Part shown: positions 49,045-59,244 of the stretch, one piece after another
How positions within the stretch are numbered: position 1 is the first letter of the stretch
Layout: every line of letters starts with the position of its first letter
Assembly: GCA_041644975.1 (NCBI GenBank)
Contig: JBAZQX010000002.1
Location: forward strand, 20,603 to 84,602
Direction: 5' to 3'
Origin: Candidatus Doudnabacteria bacterium
Lineage (GTDB): Bacteria > Patescibacteriota > JAQUNI01
DNA length: 64,000 nt
Translations under genes and position numbers: made by a program
Notes under the pieces: generated by a model
Seen by the model: only the letters and a program-made list of their open reading frames with translations
What the model was told of the DNA's origin: nothing
Database searches by the model: none

Positions 49045-49797
49045 ATGTACATCGTTATTTTGATCGTCCCCGTTATCATTGTTATGCTCTCCATCAAACA
49101 AATTAACCAATACCAAAAGGGGGTGAAGTTCACGCTGGGGAAGTTCGCGGGCATTTTAAATCCGGGCTGGAGAATCGTGGTGCCAGTTTTTCAGGGTTAT
49201 CGCAAGGTGGATATGCGGATTAAGGCGGTGGATGTGCCAAATCAAGAAGCAATTACGAAAGATAATATTTCGGTGACGGTAAACGCGGTTATTTATTACA
49301 AAGTGCGCGACGCGCAGAAAGCGATTATTGAAGTGGAAAATTATTTTTACGCCGTTTCACAATTAGCACAGACAACAATGCGGAATGTGGTAGGTGAAGT
49401 AAATTTAGATGAATTATTGTCTGGCAGAGAGGCGATCGCGGAAAAAATTCGAGGGATCGTGGAAAAATCCGCGGATGTTTGGGGGATTGATGTGCATTCG
49501 GTTGAACTGAAAGACGTGACTTTGCCCGAACAGATGAAGAGAGTGATTGGCAAGCAAGCGGAAGCAGAACGGGAACGGCGGGCGGTAATTATTAAAGCGG
49601 AAGGAGAAGCGGCGGCGGCAACAAATTTGGCTAAGGCGGCAACAATTTTATCCGCGGCAAATGGCGCGTTGCATTTGCGCACGCTAAATACCTTAAACGA
49701 CCTTGGCGCAGATAAATCAAACACGGTTGTCTTTGCTATTCCAGTAGAAATTTTACGGGCTTTGGAAAAGAAGGGGAGTGATTATCCAAATCGATAA
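49045..49797 (+). CDS. SPFH/band-7 (stomatin-like) domain protein
   Basis: N-terminal TM helix, then VPNQEAITKDNISVTVNAVIYYKV and a coiled-coil EAERERRA. Confidence 0.85.
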   Translation: MYIVILIVPVIIVMLSIKQINQYQKGVKFTLGKFAGILNPGWRIVVPVFQGYRKVDMRIKAVDVPNQEAITKDNISVTVNAVIYYKVRDAQKAIIEVENYFYAVSQLAQTTMRNVVGEVNLDELLSGREAIAEKIRGIVEKSADVWGIDVHSVELKDVTLPEQMKRVIGKQAEAERERRAVIIKAEGEAAAATNLAKAATILSAANGALHLRTLNTLNDLGADKSNTVVFAIPVEILRALEKKGSDYPNR

Positions 49798-49823
49798 ATC
49801 ACCTTTTAAACAAAAATAAAAAA

Positions 49824-51035
49824 ATGAAAACAAAAAACAAAAAATCTCCGCAACAAGGCTTAGCGAAGCCGTATGGGGTTCTTATTGTTTTTTTAGTGAT
49901 TTTAGGATTGGCGATCCTTGGCTATTTCATTTATAGGGGGCCAGCCAAACCGGACGAGGTGATTTCAGAAAATGGTACGGGAGTAGTACCGGAGGTAGAA
50001 AATGGGCCCGTCGTGATTCCGCAGAAGATTTTGGACAATAAATTTGGCTTTTTGTCCGCGGGATTTGATGATTATTTGTTTATGAATAGCGTTGGCGCAG
50101 GCTGGGTGAGACCGCATCCGGGCGCGTTTCTGTGGGATGCCATGCAGAAAAACAAAGGTGCGGACTATAACTTTACCAACACTGACCGCGCAGTGAAAAA
50201 ATACCAGGAGCATAATTTGGCGATTCTCGCCACGCTTTGGCCTTTCGCGGAATGGGATCAGAAAAGCAGGGATGGTTTTGACCTTTGCGCGGTGAGTGAG
50301 AACGATGAGTTTTTACTGGATATAACCGGAAAGAGAGGCGAGGAATATATCGCCCAGCATAGATGCGCTCCTATGGATTGGACGGCTTATACGGCTTGGG
50401 TGAAAAATGTAGTAGAGAGATATGATGGCGACGGCAATGCTGATATGCCGGGACTCAAAATGCCAATTAAATATTGGGAAGTGATGAATGAGCCGGATTT
50501 AGACGGCAACGACAGATTGGATTTTTGGAAAGACAGCGTAGCAGCATATGCGCAACTCTTAGTGCGCACAAGTGCGGCAATAAAAGAGGCGGATCCGGAA
50601 GCCCGGGTCGTTATTGCTGGAGCTGCAGGAGGGGACAAAAGATTTTTGGATTTTTACCGTTCAATTTTTAAACAGAAGGAAGTGATAGAAACATTTGATA
50701 TTGCCAATGTCCATTGCATTTCCAATGATTCTTATGATTCCTTTAATGTTGAGCCGTATAAAAAGATGCTAGCCGAATTCAAGATTAATAAACCGATTTG
50801 GGTTACAGAGGCAGAGGCAATAGTATCAGCGGATATGGATGTTAATGCGACGCAGACTATGAGGAGCGCGGATAAAGCGCTTTCTCTGGGGGCGGAGAGG
50901 ATTTTTTTCACGCGTTACGACTTTGGGACGCGCGGGGATTTGAATGATCGGCCGATGGAGAATGTCCCTTTGATTAAGGCTGAAATTTTCGGCAAAGACC
51001 CAGAAGCAGCATATAAAAAAATTATTAGCCAGTAG
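49824..51035 (+). CDS. membrane-anchored putative glycoside hydrolase (TIM-barrel, GH5-like)
   Basis: N-terminal TM helix. YWEVMNEPD (NEP acid/base motif) and IWVTEAE (candidate nucleophile Glu) are present. Confidence 0.4.
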   Translation: MKTKNKKSPQQGLAKPYGVLIVFLVILGLAILGYFIYRGPAKPDEVISENGTGVVPEVENGPVVIPQKILDNKFGFLSAGFDDYLFMNSVGAGWVRPHPGAFLWDAMQKNKGADYNFTNTDRAVKKYQEHNLAILATLWPFAEWDQKSRDGFDLCAVSENDEFLLDITGKRGEEYIAQHRCAPMDWTAYTAWVKNVVERYDGDGNADMPGLKMPIKYWEVMNEPDLDGNDRLDFWKDSVAAYAQLLVRTSAAIKEADPEARVVIAGAAGGDKRFLDFYRSIFKQKEVIETFDIANVHCISNDSYDSFNVEPYKKMLAEFKINKPIWVTEAEAIVSADMDVNATQTMRSADKALSLGAERIFFTRYDFGTRGDLNDRPMENVPLIKAEIFGKDPEAAYKKIISQ

Positions 51036-51079
51036 TTATTATTTGGAAAGATATTAACTAAAATAATTAAAAGTAGTTC

Positions 51080-51637
51080 ATGAAAAAATCACACGAAAAT
51101 TTATTAAAAGCAATCGCTGGCGAATCTATGGCGCGGAATAAATACACTTATTACGCGGAAATCGCGATGAAAGAGGTATTAGTCTGGATCGCGCGCGTTT
51201 TTGAGGAAACGGCGGATAATGAAAGAGCGCACGCGCAAGAGGAATTAGAAAAATTGCGTGAAAAGACAGAGATGACAAATACTTACGACATTCATCCGCT
51301 GGGGACGACTTTGGAAAATTTGCGTAACGCGGCCGCGGGGGAAACCTACGAGTTTGGCACGATGTATCCTGATTTTGAGAAAACGGCCCGTGAGGAAGGT
51401 GAAGAAGCCATCGCTACTTTATTTAAAGAGATTGCCGAGGTGGAAGAGAAGCATGCCGAGCGCTATAATATTTTGGCTGAGCGTCTAGAAAAAGGATTGC
51501 TTTTCAAAAATAATACAGAGATTGAATGGAAATGTTTAAACTGCGGGTATATCCACAAAGGAATATCGGCTCCTGAGAAATGCCCGCTTTGCCAAAAACC
51601 GCAAGGCTGGTATATGGCTTTGGGCGTTGTTAGATAA
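51080..51637 (+). CDS. rubrerythrin
   Basis: Ferritin-like diiron ExxH motifs and the C-terminal rubredoxin motifs CLNCGY ... CPLCQ. Confidence 0.9.
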   Translation: MKKSHENLLKAIAGESMARNKYTYYAEIAMKEVLVWIARVFEETADNERAHAQEELEKLREKTEMTNTYDIHPLGTTLENLRNAAAGETYEFGTMYPDFEKTAREEGEEAIATLFKEIAEVEEKHAERYNILAERLEKGLLFKNNTEIEWKCLNCGYIHKGISAPEKCPLCQKPQGWYMALGVVR

Positions 51638-51713
51638 GATATGTTTTTTTGGGTCTATATTTTAACAGGATTGTCGGCTGACTTGATACCCGACATTCTA
51701 TTGATTAAAGATC

Positions 51714-52208
51714 ATGAAAGACCATAAGGGCTTATTCGGGAAGTATAATCCAATCGCCGACCTCTCTGTCCATACTATTTTATCTTTTGGAATTTCAATT
51801 TGGCTGATAGTTTTTCAGTTTCCTCTCGTTTATTTTGTTGCTTGTTTTTTAGCCGGATTATTATTAGATATGGATCATTTCTTGAATGGAGTCATTGCTA
51901 GGTTATTAAGAGTAAAGAGCCATGAAAGCAGCTTAATGTATGGATCTGGCGGTTGCGTAATTAAAATAGCGCACGGTTTTGATATTAGTTTTTTGTTCGG
52001 ACTATTATGTTTTTCCATAACATCCGATCCTGTTTTTGTGTTATTGATTTTTATGAGTTTGTGCGCGCATGAGTTTTGGGATTTCGTTGTTTATCCCCAT
52101 ACATGGAGAGAGTTGTTTTTATTCACCAGGATTAGAAAGGGTTTTTATCCCGGGCATAGAAAGAAATTCATCGGAAGAATATTTGATTATAAGACATTAA
52201 AATTTTAG
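51714..52208 (+). CDS. hypothetical membrane protein (possible YdjM/DUF457-like metal-dependent hydrolase)
   Basis: 4 TM helices with conserved His/Asp residues (LLLDMDH). Confidence 0.3.
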   Translation: MKDHKGLFGKYNPIADLSVHTILSFGISIWLIVFQFPLVYFVACFLAGLLLDMDHFLNGVIARLLRVKSHESSLMYGSGGCVIKIAHGFDISFLFGLLCFSITSDPVFVLLIFMSLCAHEFWDFVVYPHTWRELFLFTRIRKGFYPGHRKKFIGRIFDYKTLKF

Positions 52209-52254
52209 GTTAATATAAAGGAAATGAAGCCATTAAAAAAAATAAATAAAAACC

Positions 52255-52740
52255 ATGGCTAAACCCACTACTTATGCCACGCCAATTTGTCTCGGCTTAA
52301 CAGTACTTTTGATTATTGGCGCTATAATCGGTGTTTGGAAAACGAGCCCTCTCGCGATCATTCTGTTTTTGTTGCCAGCGGTTGCCTACGAGGTTTACCG
52401 CACCGAAGGGAGGTCTACGAAGTTGGCTTCTTGGGTGATGCTTTTGATTTTGTTAGCGGAGATTATTACCGTTTCCTTCAATATTAATTTTAATTTGGCG
52501 AAATTTATTGGGGAGGAGGGGGGATATGTTGGCGGCTATTATATTCCTCTCGGTGACTTGAGGGTTATTTTTCCGGCCATTATCGCCGTCCTATCCATTA
52601 TCCTCTTTGTGAGGACTTATGGCCCTTATACTAAATGGCTGGCAGTTTTGATTTTTGTCGGCGCTTTTGTAATCATTTATGTCTTGGATCCAGCAGTACT
52701 AAAGATGCTTTTAATAGATAACATACGGAAAGTTTTTTAA
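52255..52740 (+). CDS. hypothetical polytopic membrane protein
   Basis: 161 aa with 4-5 TM helices. Confidence 0.4.
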   Translation: MAKPTTYATPICLGLTVLLIIGAIIGVWKTSPLAIILFLLPAVAYEVYRTEGRSTKLASWVMLLILLAEIITVSFNINFNLAKFIGEEGGYVGGYYIPLGDLRVIFPAIIAVLSIILFVRTYGPYTKWLAVLIFVGAFVIIYVLDPAVLKMLLIDNIRKVF

Positions 52741-52902
52741 TAGCGCATCATATAAAAAAGCCTAGCAGAATTGTCTTTATTTTAGCTTTTGAAGCCCTTC
52801 GCGGAGGGCTTCACTCGGGTTGTTGCTCAAAGGGGTTTAAGAGGTTGTTTGTTTTATTTTCATCTTCTTTAGGATATGTTAGAATAAGAGTAAGGAGTTG
52901 AA

Positions 52903-53178
52903 TTGGCATTTAAACCTATGGAGATAGAAAAGAGTTTTAGTGAAGAAGAAGCAAAACAAATTGGGGAAATGTTGGGCGTGGACTGGGCTCGTTTTGATCT
53001 CGCGCAATTTAGGCGCGGGATGGATGTGGAATTGGAGCATGGGCTATGCGACCCTAAAACTAATGTGAGCAACGATGATCCCTTAACCACAGGGAAAATT
53101 ACCTTGGCCCATTTAAATGAGCTCCCTGATTACTATACGCGGTTAGAAAGAATGGAAAAAGCAGCAGAAAGTCCTTAG
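52903..53178 (+). CDS. conserved small protein (ELEHG ... PDYY motif family, DUF5661-like)
   Basis: MDVELEHGLCDPKTNVSNDDPLTTGKITLAHLNELPDYYTRLERME. Confidence 0.4.
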   Translation: MAFKPMEIEKSFSEEEAKQIGEMLGVDWARFDLAQFRRGMDVELEHGLCDPKTNVSNDDPLTTGKITLAHLNELPDYYTRLERMEKAAESP

Positions 53179-53214
53179 AACAAGAAAAATTTTTACAAAA
53201 TAAATTTAAAAACT

Positions 53215-53652
53215 ATGAGGACAAAGATTCTTCTTGCCCTCACCCTGATTTTTTTCTTGGGTGGGGTAAGCGCGGCAATGGCAAAAATGAACAAGATTAA
53301 GCCAGCCGCGGCGCAAAATTCTGGTAAGACTAATACTGCCTGCGTCCAGAGTGCGGTGGAGAAGAGAGAAAATGCGATTATCGCTGCCTATACCAAAAAG
53401 ACGGATGCGATTAAAGCCGCTTTAGAGACGAGAAAAGCGGCTCTAAAGGAGGCTTGGGGAAAAGCCACAGTGCGGGAGAGAGTGCAAGCGCGAGCGCAGG
53501 CATGGAAGACCTTTAAAGCGGCGGAAGTGAAAGCGCGGCTTGCTTATAATCAGGAATTAAAAGCGGCGTGGGCTACTTTTAATAAGGAGCGGAAGGCTTG
53601 TAAGATTACGGAAACCAATGATGAAAATGGCGCCACGGATACGGGGCTTTAA
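53215..53652 (+). CDS. secreted Ala/Lys-rich hypothetical protein
   Basis: Signal peptide MRTKILLALTLIFFLGGVSAAMA followed by a helical A/K/E-rich body. Confidence 0.45.
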   Translation: MRTKILLALTLIFFLGGVSAAMAKMNKIKPAAAQNSGKTNTACVQSAVEKRENAIIAAYTKKTDAIKAALETRKAALKEAWGKATVRERVQARAQAWKTFKAAEVKARLAYNQELKAAWATFNKERKACKITETNDENGATDTGL

Positions 53653-53678
53653 GATATTATCAATTCACCAACGCGCAA

Positions 53679-53710
53679 AGGCGAGGTTTTTTCAAACCTC
53701 GCCTTTTTTG
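53679..53710 (+). terminator. rho-independent terminator
   Basis: Stem aggcgaggttt / aaacctcgcct followed by tttttg. Confidence 0.55.
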
Positions 53711-53754
53711 TGCTTTTTGCTTATGATAAGAATATTAGTTGTTAATCTATTTTT

Positions 53755-55569
53755 ATGCGGTTTTTAAGTCATCTTTTGCGCAAAGAGCAATATATCAGTC
53801 TGGGGGTGATTTTTATTTTGACCGCGGTTTCCGTTTTTGCCTTTAATCCATATGAATATGGTTTATCAGACCACGCGATTACCATTCCTTTTTTAAAATC
53901 GCTAGCAGATCCCAGTCTATATCCTAATGATTATTTAGTAGCGGAAAAGTCTTATTATTATAGTTACTTTTGGCAAGCTTTGGGTTTCATCGGCCGTTAC
54001 TTCCCGCTTGATATTCCCCTTTTGTTTTTTGTTCTTTATTATGTTTCTCTCTTTTTCTTTTTCTGGGGGATTTACTTAATTGCCAAACTCCTTTGGCGGC
54101 GACAAGAGGTGGCGTATCTATCTCTCTTTTTCCTTTTGTTTTTCAAGCCGACCTTGGGCGGAATGTCCACTTTTGACCACGCTTTCTTGACGCGGGTGGC
54201 GGTTCTACCCATTCTGGTTTTTGCTTTTTATTTTTTTCTCAAAAAGAAGTTTTTGTGGTCTTTTGTTCTGCAGGGATTGGGTTTTCTGATGCACCCCTTA
54301 AGCGCAGCGCATATGATTGCTATTCTATTTTTAGCGTCAATTATTTGGATACGGGAGATGGGTTGGAAAAAATTATTGGTTTATTTAATTATTTTGGCAA
54401 GCATGGCAAGTCCAATTTTTATTTGGAAGATTATTTCCTCGCCTCCTTCCGTGAGCCTGTTGCACGCGAACGCAGATTGGTTAGAGTTGCTTCGCTTGCG
54501 ATCCGTTGATGAAATTTTCCCTTTCTCTTGGCCTAAGGTGGTTTTTCTGGAGGCGGGATTAGTCTTTTTAGTCTTTTTAGCAAGTTGGAAATACAAGCCG
54601 CAAGCCCAATACCATCGGATCATCATTGGCGCCACCATTTTGATAATTGGTTTTTGTATCTTGGGTACAATTTTTTCGGAAATTTATTCCTTCCCTCTGG
54701 CGCTGAATTTACAGCTCTTCCGCAGTTTTCAGTGGTTAGTTTATTTAGCTTTCATCTATTTTGCCAATTATGCCTTTCAAGAACTCCGAAGTGGCAAAGG
54801 ATTATATAAAATATTAGTAGCTCTTCTCGCTCTCGGCATTTTTTATGGAGCAAGCAACTGGGTTTATGGCTACGTGGCTTTTTTGGTTTTAGCGTTCCTA
54901 TTGGTTCTAAGAGAGAGGAGGATAAATTCTAAGTTACCGTACTATTTTGTTCACGTTCTTTTAGTAGCGGTTTTAATTTTAGGCAGTATTTTTTACCTTC
55001 AGGGAAAAAGATTTTTTTGGGGTAATCATCAAGAGAAATTTTGGTTGGATTTAGCGAAAAAAGCTAAGGCAGAGACAGGACAGAGGGATATGTTTATTGT
55101 GCCGCCTCATTTAGAAGGTTTTCGTATTGAATCGGAGAGAACAATCTACGGCGATTGGAAAGACGGGACTTTGACTTTTTACAATCCGGCTTTTGGCAAG
55201 GAGTGGTTTATGAGGATGCAAAGATTGGGTTATAAGCAAGACTTCAGTCCCGAGGCCGTTCAGGCTCCGAAGAGCCTTCAGGTCGTTCAGACTCTGATGA
55301 GTCTTCAGACTCGAAGAGCTCGAGGAGGATCTTCAGTTCCTTCGACTGTGAAGTCTTCAGGACTGAACAGCCCGAGGGATGTTCCTTTAGGAGAGAGTTT
55401 CCTTGCTCTTTCGGAAGCAGATTTTTGCGCCATCGCGACAGAAATGCGGCGAAGAGCGGGGGAGAAATCTCGGGTTTTTCTAGTAACCTTCCGCAATGAA
55501 AAAAAACTTAATTTCCCCTTGGCTTATGGTAATGAAAAGTTTTTAGTTTACGAGGTGGTGTCGCAATAA
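53755..55569 (+). CDS. large polytopic membrane protein (about 14 TM) with C-terminal soluble domain interrupted by a repeat-derived low-complexity linker
   Basis: Hydrophobic profile. Codons 55240-55376 are built from family-D repeat units (gacttcagtcccgagg, tcttcagactcgaagagc). Confidence 0.5.
   Translation: MRFLSHLLRKEQYISLGVIFILTAVSVFAFNPYEYGLSDHAITIPFLKSLADPSLYPNDYLVAEKSYYYSYFWQALGFIGRYFPLDIPLLFFVLYYVSLFFFFWGIYLIAKLLWRRQEVAYLSLFFLLFFKPTLGGMSTFDHAFLTRVAVLPILVFAFYFFLKKKFLWSFVLQGLGFLMHPLSAAHMIAILFLASIIWIREMGWKKLLVYLIILASMASPIFIWKIISSPPSVSLLHANADWLELLRLRSVDEIFPFSWPKVVFLEAGLVFLVFLASWKYKPQAQYHRIIIGATILIIGFCILGTIFSEIYSFPLALNLQLFRSFQWLVYLAFIYFANYAFQELRSGKGLYKILVALLALGIFYGASNWVYGYVAFLVLAFLLVLRERRINSKLPYYFVHVLLVAVLILGSIFYLQGKRFFWGNHQEKFWLDLAKKAKAETGQRDMFIVPPHLEGFRIESERTIYGDWKDGTLTFYNPAFGKEWFMRMQRLGYKQDFSPEAVQAPKSLQVVQTLMSLQTRRARGGSSVPSTVKSSGLNSPRDVPLGESFLALSEADFCAIATEMRRRAGEKSRVFLVTFRNEKKLNFPLAYGNEKFLVYEVVSQ
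55240..55376. repeat. family-D repeat-derived segment inside CDS (related to 6000-6045 and 30137-30152)
   Basis: gacttcagtcc, cccgagg and gtcgttcagac are shared with the reverse complement of 6000-6044. It contains internal direct repeats of (g)tcttcagactcgaagagc. Confidence 0.45.
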
Positions 55570-55627
55570 AATATGACGAAGTCATCATTTCGTGATTTTA
55601 ATTACTCACAAAACAAACCTAAAAATA

Positions 55628-55657
55628 AACTATATTTTTTTAAAAAAAGAACTGCTT
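55628..55657 (-). terminator. rho-independent terminator for PurF-like gene
   Basis: Minus-strand stem ggactgc / gcaguuc followed by a run of 7 U. Confidence 0.45.
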
Positions 55658-57142
55658 TTAGCAGTCCATAGGGTTTATTGGAGGGCGCCAACAAGTCTGG
55701 CAAGCCTCGTTGTCGGGGAGACCAATGGCGGGCAGATAATCCCAAGGCGCTTGATAGATCACCGCCATTGCACTTTTCATTTCTGCAACCTTCGCTGCTA
55801 CCTTTTGGTGCAGGATGGAACGCGGATCAGCAATCTGAGAAATTTGCTTTTCGTTAAGTTCTAACGCCCTCATTGCCTGACGCACAGCAAGATCAGCCGT
55901 GGAGCGGGTAGTCTCAAAGTAAGGACATTTATAAAAGATCATTGGAAAAGAAACCAGCAGGATTACCCCTTGAGCTCCTAGGGAAGTCAGAAAGAGGATG
56001 AGATCGCGGAGTTGATTACCTCGCACAATGGAGTCCTCCACTAAAATTAAAGTCCGACCTTGGATATACTCTTTAATGATATAAAGTTTTCTGGCAGCGA
56101 CAAGTTTTCTTAATTGAGGCTCTGTTGGAGTATAACTTTGGCCGTAGCCTGGCTCTTTTTTGAGAGCTTCCACGAGTGGAATTTCAGGACAAATTTCGTG
56201 CGCGCCTCGGGCAATAGGGATTCCTGTACCTGGCACAGGGACAAGGATGTAATTAGCATCCTGCTTCCCGTGTTGGGCCAGCCATTCTTTTAATCTTTGA
56301 CCTAAGGTTCTACCCGCCGCTTTACGTGCTTCTTCGGTGAGGATTGGTTTTCCTCCTAAGGTGAAGTGAAGAGTCGCCTCGCTACTGTAATAGGCGCTGT
56401 TAAAAGGGCATAGAGACATACTATCTTGAGGGGTGATCAGGGATTGAATACTTAAGTCAGGATTGATCTGAATGGCCTCCCCTGGTCCTAATGCTCTTTG
56501 GATTTCAAAACCAGAATTTTGGAGCGCGCAGCTTTCACAGACCACAGCAATAGCTTCTGACCTTGCGCCGAGAATAAGAGAACCTCGTCCCCAAAAGTCT
56601 CGGACTACAATTAATTCTCCCTTCTCCGTCATCATTAGAAAAGAAACCGATCCCTTGGTTGTCTGGAAGATTTCTTTTATTCCTTGTTTCAAGTTATCTG
56701 CCCGCGCCATAGTTTTTAGAATCAGTTCTGTCGGGTTAGTCCTATCTCCAACGAGCGTTAAACTGTGGCCTTCCGCGATCAATCGGTTTCTAAGGTGGCG
56801 AGGGTTTTGCAGATGACCTAGCGTAACAATAGCAATCCGTCCGAATTTTGTATCAAAGGCAAGAGGCTGGGGATGATTGGTTTGAGCGGCAATCACCATA
56901 CCCCCGATCATTTTTAAGGCAATTTCATCAAATCTTTCATAAAAGGGGGCGTTGAGCCTATGGATGGGAAAAGGGGTGCTAAAACTTTTTTCGTTGGTTA
57001 CCGCTATCCCACCAAGGCTTCCTCCATACCGCGCTTGGCAGGTCATCATATGGGTAATTTCTTGAGCGCATGTGTTTTTAAAACCCCGTGTCATCAGATC
57101 AGGTGTTTTACTAACTATTCCGGCGATAGCTGGCATTGTCAA
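55658..57142 (-). CDS. purF: amidophosphoribosyltransferase-family protein (PurF-like; N-terminal Cys nucleophile absent)
   Basis: PRTase motif LVEDSIVRGNQ and PGEAIQI align to PurF. The N-terminus is MTMPAIAGIV where PurF has M-CGIVGI. Product activity is uncertain. Confidence 0.75.
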   Translation of the reverse strand: MTMPAIAGIVSKTPDLMTRGFKNTCAQEITHMMTCQARYGGSLGGIAVTNEKSFSTPFPIHRLNAPFYERFDEIALKMIGGMVIAAQTNHPQPLAFDTKFGRIAIVTLGHLQNPRHLRNRLIAEGHSLTLVGDRTNPTELILKTMARADNLKQGIKEIFQTTKGSVSFLMMTEKGELIVVRDFWGRGSLILGARSEAIAVVCESCALQNSGFEIQRALGPGEAIQINPDLSIQSLITPQDSMSLCPFNSAYYSSEATLHFTLGGKPILTEEARKAAGRTLGQRLKEWLAQHGKQDANYILVPVPGTGIPIARGAHEICPEIPLVEALKKEPGYGQSYTPTEPQLRKLVAARKLYIIKEYIQGRTLILVEDSIVRGNQLRDLILFLTSLGAQGVILLVSFPMIFYKCPYFETTRSTADLAVRQAMRALELNEKQISQIADPRSILHQKVAAKVAEMKSAMAVIYQAPWDYLPAIGLPDNEACQTCWRPPINPMDC

Positions 57143-57361
57143 CCTCCTTTATGGCTGTAGTTTTTGGATGAATAACTGGTAAGGAGCAAGAGAAAATTTA
57201 TTTGTTTCCAGATGTTATCTCATTATACATCCTTTATTTTATCTAGCAAATAAGCTATAATTTTTAGGACAAACAAAGGCGAGTCTTTTTAGATTTCGCG
57301 GTTTGCCCGCCCGGCAAACGCTCGCAGAGCTTTGTGAGCGGGTCGGGGATTTTTAAAATTT

Positions 57362-59152
57362 ATGAATGAGGTTGAAGAAATCAAAAATCGGCTTAATGTT
57401 GCCGATGTCATCGCGGACTATATTCAATTGACGCCGGTCGGCGCCAATTTCAAAGCCCGTTGCCCTTTTCACAGCGAGAAAACGCCATCTTTTTATGTTT
57501 CGCCGGAAAAGCAGATTTGGCATTGTTTCGGGTGTGAAGCGGGCGGCGACATCTTTACTTTTGTCCAAAAGATGGAGGGGCTTGAATTTCGGGAGGCGCT
57601 CAAGATTTTGGCCGAAAAGGCGGGCGTAAAGTTGGAAGCGCGCGATCCGAATTTGGAAACAGAACGCGATAGACTGGTTAGTCTTTGCGAATGGGCGGCG
57701 CGCTTTTTTCACCAGGCTCTTTTGCGTTCCCGCGAGGGGAAAATCGCCAGGGATTATCTGGTTTCGCGCAAGGTTGGAGAAAAAATGATCCAGAAATTTT
57801 TGCTTGGTTACTCTCCTTTTTCCTGGCATCTCACTATGGATTTCCTGCGCAAGAAAGGGTTTTCCGCGGCAGAGATTTTTGCCGCGGGGCTCGCAAGCCA
57901 AAAAACCCCGGGCAGATTTTATGATCGTTTTCGGGGAAGACTGACATTCCCTTTGCGCAACATCCACGGTCAGGCAATTGGTTTTGGCGCTCGTGTTTTA
58001 AATGAAGAGAGGGATCATTTGGGCAAGTATATTAATTCTCCTCAAAGCCTGATTTATGATAAAAGCGGCTTGCTTTATGCCCTGGATCAAGCGAAACAGA
58101 TGATTAAAAAAGAAAATCTCTGCATCGCGGTGGAAGGATATTTAGATGTGATCTCCTCCCATCAGGTAGGGGTCACCAACGTGGTGGGTGTTTCCGGGAC
58201 CGCTCTTACTCCCGCTCAACTTATTTTAATGAAAAGGTATACCCATAATCTTGCGCTTTGCTTTGACGCGGACATGGCAGGGGTCGGAGCCGCCAAGCGC
58301 GGCATTGAAAACGCAATCGCGGCTGGCTTAGCTGTCCGCGTCATTATTTTACCTAAAGACGAGGATCCCGATTCTTTGATTAGGAAAAATCCAGAGCTTT
58401 GGCGTGAAGCTACCAAACGAGCAGTCGGAATTATGGAATTCTATTTTGATCTAGCTTTAAAACATTATAATCCAGAGGAGCTTGCGGGCAAGAAAATGAT
58501 TGCTGCTGAAGTTTTACCAATAATTAAAAAAATACCAGACCAGATTGAACAAGCCTATTATTTACAGAAGTTGTCATCTCTCATTAACATCCGCGAGGAA
58601 TCTTTGCGCGAGGCAATGGCTAGAATAGATTTAACTCTTCAATACTCTCAAAGTCCTGATCGCAATGTTGTTGCGCCGCCAGAGGATTTTAACCCTGCAC
58701 CTGCGGATATCGTAGGCCGCCATCTTTTAGGTCTCGGCTTAAAATATCCCCGTTTTTTGGGGGAAATTTTAGAGGAAGCTAAACCCTCTATTTTATCCTC
58801 CGAATGGCAGGATATTTACAAAGTCTTAAGCAAATATTATAATAAGAATAGGAGCTTTGATTTCATTCATTTTAAGCGAAAAATTCAGACTTCCCATCCC
58901 CAGTACGTCACGCGTTTAGAAGTGGCTATTTTAGATGTGGAAAAAGATTTGGAAGAAAATGACCAAAAGGAGGACATCATCGCTCTAGAGGTGCAACAGG
59001 CTTTAAAAAGGCTTAAGGAGCAGTATTACAGACAAAAATTAGAAGCAATTGAACTTCAAATGCAGAGAGCGGAAGATATCAAAGATAGAGTTCTCTCGCA
59101 GAGTTTAACTAAACAACTTCAATCTTTCACCCAAAAATTGGGGAAATTGTAA
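57362..59152 (+). CDS. dnaG: DNA primase
   Basis: Zinc ribbon CPFHSEKTPSFYVSPEKQIWHCFGCEAGGD and the Toprim motifs EGYLD and DAD. Confidence 0.93.
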   Translation: MNEVEEIKNRLNVADVIADYIQLTPVGANFKARCPFHSEKTPSFYVSPEKQIWHCFGCEAGGDIFTFVQKMEGLEFREALKILAEKAGVKLEARDPNLETERDRLVSLCEWAARFFHQALLRSREGKIARDYLVSRKVGEKMIQKFLLGYSPFSWHLTMDFLRKKGFSAAEIFAAGLASQKTPGRFYDRFRGRLTFPLRNIHGQAIGFGARVLNEERDHLGKYINSPQSLIYDKSGLLYALDQAKQMIKKENLCIAVEGYLDVISSHQVGVTNVVGVSGTALTPAQLILMKRYTHNLALCFDADMAGVGAAKRGIENAIAAGLAVRVIILPKDEDPDSLIRKNPELWREATKRAVGIMEFYFDLALKHYNPEELAGKKMIAAEVLPIIKKIPDQIEQAYYLQKLSSLINIREESLREAMARIDLTLQYSQSPDRNVVAPPEDFNPAPADIVGRHLLGLGLKYPRFLGEILEEAKPSILSSEWQDIYKVLSKYYNKNRSFDFIHFKRKIQTSHPQYVTRLEVAILDVEKDLEENDQKEDIIALEVQQALKRLKEQYYRQKLEAIELQMQRAEDIKDRVLSQSLTKQLQSFTQKLGKL

Positions 59153-59244
59153 ATTCAATTTGAAATCCATCTTTTCACTTTTTACATCGTGCCAAAAGTT
59201 TTGCTTTGGTATGGGAAAGGTTTTTATTTTTTTAACTTACCTTC

